Program-made: the position numbers and the translations under genes
Assembly: GCA_944381185.1 (NCBI GenBank)
Contig: CALWKE010000002.1
Span: 302,882 to 366,881, forward strand
DNA length: 64,000 nt
DNA from: an uncultured Clostridia bacterium
Lineage (GTDB): Bacteria > Bacillota > Clostridia > Christensenellales > UBA1242
Direction of reading: 5' to 3'
Notes under the pieces: generated by a model
The model's input: the letters and a program-made list of their open reading frames with translations, nothing else
What the model was told of the DNA's origin: nothing
The model's database searches: none
Part shown: positions 59,259 to 64,000 of the stretch, piece by piece
How the letters are laid out: each line of letters starts with the position of its first letter
Position numbering within the stretch: the stretch's first letter is position 1

Positions 59259-61451
59259 ATGAAAAAAATAAAAAAAATAATCAAAATAACATTCATAACT
59301 TCAATAATTTTATGTGTAATGGCAGTAATTTCTGGCATAATTTTTTATAATGTAACAACCTATTCTGTTAATTTAGACACCAGTAAACTTGAAGAAACGA
59401 AAAGTGTTAATAATTTGCAAATTTTTGACACAAACAAAAACTTAATTAATCTTTCAGGTGAAAATTACATTCCAATTTCAAAACTTTCAACAAAAACAAA
59501 AAATGCTTTTATTTGTGCTGAAGATAAAAGATTTTACTCTCACAGCGGAGTTGATTACATACGAATGGCAGGCGCTCTTATTTCTAACATAAAAACCCAC
59601 TCTTTTTCACAAGGAGCTTCAACAATTTCACAACAATTAGTTAAAAACACGCAACTTTCAAGCGAAAAAACTATAAAGAGAAAACTAAAGGAAATCAAAC
59701 TAACAAAACAACTTGAAAACAAATACTCAAAAGATGATATTCTTGAAATGTATTTAAATAATATATATTTTGGCAATGGTTGTTACGGAATTGAAAATGC
59801 TTCAAAACATTACTTTAATAAATCTGCCTCAAAGCTCACTCTTGCTGAAAGTGCTCTTCTTGCAGGAACAATAAATGCACCCAGCTTTTATGACATTCAA
59901 AATAATCAAACAAAAGCACTTGAAAGACGAAATTTAATACTAGATTTAATGCATAGTTATGGAAAAATTACAAGTGATGAGCATAAAAAAGCAAAAGATG
60001 AACCAATAAATTTAAATTTAACAAAACTTTCAAACACAAATTTTTTATGGGGCGAAATTATAGACGAAGCCTGCAAAATTTTAAAAACTAATGAAATGCA
60101 ATTAAAAAACAGCAAACTAAAAATATATACTTATGTTGATTTGAATTTGCAAAATCAAATATATGAAAAAATCAAACAAAACTACTCTCATTTAGAATCA
60201 AATCCACAAACTGCAACAATGGTTGTTGATAACAAAACAAATGGTATAGTTGCAATAACAGGAAGTAACCAAACATTAAAATCAAAAAAACAACCGGGAT
60301 CAATAATAAAACCAATAGTGGTTTATGCACCAGCATTTGAAAACAATGTTATTTCACCCGCCACAAAAATATTAGATGAAAAAATAAATATAAATGGCTA
60401 TAGCCCTGACAATGCGGATAAACGCTTCCATGGTTATGTTTCTGTTCGAGAAGCATTAAAAAATTCATATAATGTTCCGGCAGTTAAAATTTTGAATGAA
60501 ACGGGCATTTTAAAATCACAAGAATTTGCCAAAAAATTAGGTATAGATTTTGAAAAAGAAGATAATAATCTTGCAATAGCACTTGGTGGTTTCACAAAGG
60601 GAACAACCATACAAAACCTGTGTGATGCATACACTTCTATTGCAAATAATGGAGCGTTTTCTAAAAGTAAATACATATCAAAAATTACATTAAATAATAA
60701 TTGTATATATGAAGCAAAAAACACAAAAACAAAGGTGTTTTCAAGTAGCACGGCATATCTTATAACTTCAATTTTAAAAGACGCAACAAAGAGCGGAACA
60801 GCAAGAAGACTGAACTCATTTAACTACGATATTGCTTCAAAAACTGGAACGGTTGGAAAAGCAAATTCAACAAAAAATATTGAGGCGTATAACGCAACCT
60901 ACACTTCATCTCACACAATTATAAGTTATGTTGGTGGAACAACAATGCCCGAAAACATAAATGGAGCAACCTACCCAACAATGATGACTAAAGATATTTT
61001 AAATATTCTTTACAAAAATAACACACCAAAAAATTTTGAAACACCAAACTCTATTGTTATAAAAAATATTGATAAAAATGAATATAAAAACAATAAGGTT
61101 GTTGAAACTGATAATATTAATAATTCAATAAAAGAAATTTTTGCAAAAAACAATTTACCAAATAAAAATGAAAATTCTTTAAGCCTAAAACTTGAAGCAT
61201 TCAATTTTGAAAACAAAAAACCACTTTTATGTTTTTTTGTAAGTCCAAATTATGACTATAAATTGATAAGAATAAATAAAAATAATTATGAAATTATAAC
61301 AGAATTAAATAACTTAAAAGAATATAAAATTTATAAATTTGAAGACAAATCGGCAAAAATTAATGAAATTTACGAATATTTTGTGGAAATTTGCGAAAAA
61401 TCAACAAATAAAACTTATAAAACCAATACGATAAAATTAAAAAGTTTTTAA
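59259..61451 (+). CDS. Class A penicillin-binding protein
   Basis: EDKRFYSHSG and GASTISQQLVKN transglycosylase motifs; SIIK, SYN and KTGT transpeptidase motifs; ATG at 59259 after AAGGA. Confidence 0.92.
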   Translation: MKKIKKIIKITFITSIILCVMAVISGIIFYNVTTYSVNLDTSKLEETKSVNNLQIFDTNKNLINLSGENYIPISKLSTKTKNAFICAEDKRFYSHSGVDYIRMAGALISNIKTHSFSQGASTISQQLVKNTQLSSEKTIKRKLKEIKLTKQLENKYSKDDILEMYLNNIYFGNGCYGIENASKHYFNKSASKLTLAESALLAGTINAPSFYDIQNNQTKALERRNLILDLMHSYGKITSDEHKKAKDEPINLNLTKLSNTNFLWGEIIDEACKILKTNEMQLKNSKLKIYTYVDLNLQNQIYEKIKQNYSHLESNPQTATMVVDNKTNGIVAITGSNQTLKSKKQPGSIIKPIVVYAPAFENNVISPATKILDEKININGYSPDNADKRFHGYVSVREALKNSYNVPAVKILNETGILKSQEFAKKLGIDFEKEDNNLAIALGGFTKGTTIQNLCDAYTSIANNGAFSKSKYISKITLNNNCIYEAKNTKTKVFSSSTAYLITSILKDATKSGTARRLNSFNYDIASKTGTVGKANSTKNIEAYNATYTSSHTIISYVGGTTMPENINGATYPTMMTKDILNILYKNNTPKNFETPNSIVIKNIDKNEYKNNKVVETDNINNSIKEIFAKNNLPNKNENSLSLKLEAFNFENKKPLLCFFVSPNYDYKLIRINKNNYEIITELNNLKEYKIYKFEDKSAKINEIYEYFVEICEKSTNKTYKTNTIKLKSF

Positions 61452-62608
61452 CCAATTTCAACAACTTCAATCGATTCAAAAGCCCTATTTATAATTTCAT
61501 CAAAATCAATTTTTTCTTGTTCTTTTTTTGTTAAATAAAGATTTGGTCTAACAATCGGACTCTCTGGCAAAAATACTGTGCAACAATCTTCAAATGGTTT
61601 AATTGATGTTTCAAATGTTCCAATCTTTTTTGCAATGTCAATCGTTTCACATTTATCAAAAGCAACAAGAGGTCTTATTATTGGCGTATCTTTAACAACT
61701 TCTGAAACAACAGTCATACTTTCAATTGTTTGACTTGCAACTTGACCCAAACTTTCACCAGTAATTATCATTTTCTTTTTATATTTTTTTGCCAACCTTT
61801 CAGCAATAGTAAACATTCCCCTTCGAAGCAAAGTTATCATATATGAACTATCACATTTTGCATTAATTTGCTCTTGAAGTTCTGTCATTGACACCATAAA
61901 AATTGTCATCTTGCCAGTATATGCTGAAATAATTTTTGCAAGTTCTTCAACTTTTTCTCGTGCAAAATTTGAAGTATATGGATAACTATGAAAATGAACC
62001 GCAGCAACTTTAACCCCACGCTTTGCCATCATATAGCCTGCAACCGGACTATCAATTCCACCTGAAAGCAAAATAAGCCCCGAACCCGAAGTTCCAACAG
62101 GCATGCCACCAACACCAAAAATAACATTCTCATAAATAAAAGTTGTTTTATCCTCCCTTATATCTATAAAAAGAGTTGTTTCTGGTTTTTTGACATCAAC
62201 TTTTAAATTCTTATTTACCGCTAAAATTTTACCGCCAATTTTAGCAGATATTTGCATTGAATTAAGTTCAAGAGTTTTATCTGCTCTGTTTGTTTCAACT
62301 TTAAAAGTTCCCTTTTTATCTTTCATAAGTTCAACAGAAAGTTCTTCAATTTTATTTAAATCTGTCACAATCTTTGCCGATTTTGAAAAGGAAAAAATTC
62401 CCGGAATTTTTTCTAGTGTTTCCAAAATATCAATTTCATCACTCTCTCTATATTTTTGAACTATGTATCTTCCTGGAATTTTAACAACTTCAGCGTCAAA
62501 CTCTTTTAATTTTTCTTTAATATTTTCAACTAAAACCTTTTCAAAAAAACCTCGGTTTTTACCCTTTAAAAATATTTCTCCAAATCTAATCAAAATAACT
62601 TTTTCCAT
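61448..62608 (-). CDS. thiI: tRNA 4-thiouridine synthase ThiI
   Basis: THUMP domain, SGGIDS PP-loop, GESLGQVASQT, EDCC. Confidence 0.95.
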   Translation of the reverse strand: MEKVILIRFGEIFLKGKNRGFFEKVLVENIKEKLKEFDAEVVKIPGRYIVQKYRESDEIDILETLEKIPGIFSFSKSAKIVTDLNKIEELSVELMKDKKGTFKVETNRADKTLELNSMQISAKIGGKILAVNKNLKVDVKKPETTLFIDIREDKTTFIYENVIFGVGGMPVGTSGSGLILLSGGIDSPVAGYMMAKRGVKVAAVHFHSYPYTSNFAREKVEELAKIISAYTGKMTIFMVSMTELQEQINAKCDSSYMITLLRRGMFTIAERLAKKYKKKMIITGESLGQVASQTIESMTVVSEVVKDTPIIRPLVAFDKCETIDIAKKIGTFETSIKPFEDCCTVFLPESPIVRPNLYLTKKEQEKIDFDEIINRAFESIEVVEIG

Positions 62609-62614
62609 AAAACA

Positions 62615-63763
62615 TTACCTTTTAACATTATTTTCTAATCGTAAAACACATTCTTCAAATTTTGAAACTATATAATCAAAATCATAATCAAGATATGGTG
62701 AAAAACTAACTCTCACACTTCCAATAACATCACTTTCACCCTTCCCCATAGCCTCAAGCGTTCGGTTGCCCGCCTTTTTTGATGAACACGCAGAACCCGT
62801 TGAAATATAAATATTATATCTATCAAGCATATTTTCCAAAACTTCACCTTTAATCTTATCAAAAGTTAATGATAAAATATAAGGAGAAGCATCTTCAGAA
62901 GAATTAATTTTCAAAAATTGACTAATGTTACTAGCCATTAATTTTTTTATAAAACAATTTTTATAATCAATTACCCTGTTATAATTTTCATTTATATTAA
63001 CAAACACTTTGTCTAACACATATGAAAATGCAAGAGCACCTAAAACATTTTCAGTCGAAGACCTTATTCCATCTTCTTGACCACCACCCAAAAGATATGG
63101 ATGAATTTTTATACTATTTTTAATCCAAATACCAGCAATTCCACGAGGTGCGTAAAGTTTATGAGATGAAATTGTGTAAAGGTCAACACCTAAATCTCTA
63201 ACAGAAAACTGAATTTTACCAAATGCCTGCACACCATCACTATGAAATATAACGTTAGGATTAATCTTTTTTGCATATTCGCATAGGCATTTTATATCAT
63301 TAATTGCACCAGTTTCATTTGAAACATGTATAACTGAAATCAAAACAACATTATCATCTATTAAAGTTTTAAAATGTTCAAAATCAACTTTGCCATTTTT
63401 ATCTAAATTTACTTCTTTAACAATAACACCTTTTTGCTCTAATGCATGTGCAGCATAAAAAACACTTGGGTGTTCACCTTTAGAAATCAAAACAACTTGA
63501 CCGGGTCTTAAATTAAAACCATTAAAAACCATATTATTTGATTCAGTTGCACTTGAGGTGAATGTTAACCTGCCATTTTTTCCACCAAGTTTTTGAGTTA
63601 TATTTTCCCTTGCTAAATTCAGTTGTTTTTTTACATTAATTGATGGCATATATGAAGAACTTGGATTAAAAAACAACTCTTCATTTTTTTGCTTCATAAA
63701 GTCAAAAACATCATCAAAAACTTTTGTTGTCGCTGCGTTATCTAAATAAGAAAATTTTTCCAT
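62615..63763 (-). CDS. Cysteine desulfurase (IscS/NifZ-like)
   Basis: YLDNAATT, SSHK, STGSACSS; upstream of thiI; likely start ATG at 63763. Confidence 0.93.
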   Translation of the reverse strand: MEKFSYLDNAATTKVFDDVFDFMKQKNEELFFNPSSSYMPSINVKKQLNLARENITQKLGGKNGRLTFTSSATESNNMVFNGFNLRPGQVVLISKGEHPSVFYAAHALEQKGVIVKEVNLDKNGKVDFEHFKTLIDDNVVLISVIHVSNETGAINDIKCLCEYAKKINPNVIFHSDGVQAFGKIQFSVRDLGVDLYTISSHKLYAPRGIAGIWIKNSIKIHPYLLGGGQEDGIRSSTENVLGALAFSYVLDKVFVNINENYNRVIDYKNCFIKKLMASNISQFLKINSSEDASPYILSLTFDKIKGEVLENMLDRYNIYISTGSACSSKKAGNRTLEAMGKGESDVIGSVRVSFSPYLDYDFDYIVSKFEECVLRLENNVKR

Positions 63764-63769
63764 AAGGTA

Positions 63770-63798
63770 ATTATGAAACAACTTAAAGTTTTTGTCAA
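63770..63798 (-). promoter_or_regulatory. SigA promoter of the iscS-thiI pair
   Basis: TTGACA-N17-CATAAT, ending 6 nt before the ATG. Confidence 0.6.
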
Positions 63799-64000
63799 GA
63801 ACTAAACTTTTCAGGAACCAAATTTAACATATCTGTTAAATTATTTGAATTTAAATAAACTTCAGGAATTTTACCAACTATAAGAGTTTCACAAAGAAGA
63901 ACCTGTGAATTACTATTTAATCTTAAAGTTTTAAATGGAAGCACAATATTAATTTTTATTGAAATATCAAGATATAATTTATGATAAGTCTGATTTATTC
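63795..64000 (-). CDS. yunB: Sporulation protein YunB, 3' fragment (5' part outside window)
   Basis: Manual translation INQTYHKLYLDISIKINIVLPF...ETLIVGKIPEVY...* resembles the YunB C-terminus. Confidence 0.75.
   Translation of the reverse strand, partial: INQTYHKLYLDISIKINIVLPFKTLRLNSNSQVLLCETLIVGKIPEVYLNSNNLTDMLNLVPEKFSS

Overview
Low-GC chromosome segment from a spore-forming, Clostridia-like Firmicute; almost all genes are on the minus strand. The left 37 kb is an array of three paralogous giant surface proteins. Paralog 1 (>4476 aa, 13428 to beyond base 1) is missing from the ORF track because it has no stop in the window; paralog 2 is 4334 aa and paralog 3 is 2545 aa. All three share an N-terminal membrane anchor, a ~630-aa WG-repeat-like domain and a TTGTAA-N17-TATACT promoter, but carry shuffled Flg_new/InlB-B-like repeats and different C-termini, with patches of near-identical DNA suggesting gene conversion. 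Between paralogs 2 and 3, a YkvI-like membrane gene is bracketed by GC-rich REP-like palindrome clusters. The right 27 kb is streamlined core genome (yunB, iscS-like, thiI, class A PBP, miaB-mutS-mutL-ynbB, yqfCD, ybeY-era-yqzL-recO, ppdK, two lipoproteins, dnaG-rpoD-trmK-Zn ribbon). The clearest unexplained non-coding signal is three evenly spaced hairpins in the ppdK 3' UTR with different stems but an identical CUCAACC loop. All calls come from reading the sequence; no database searches were run.
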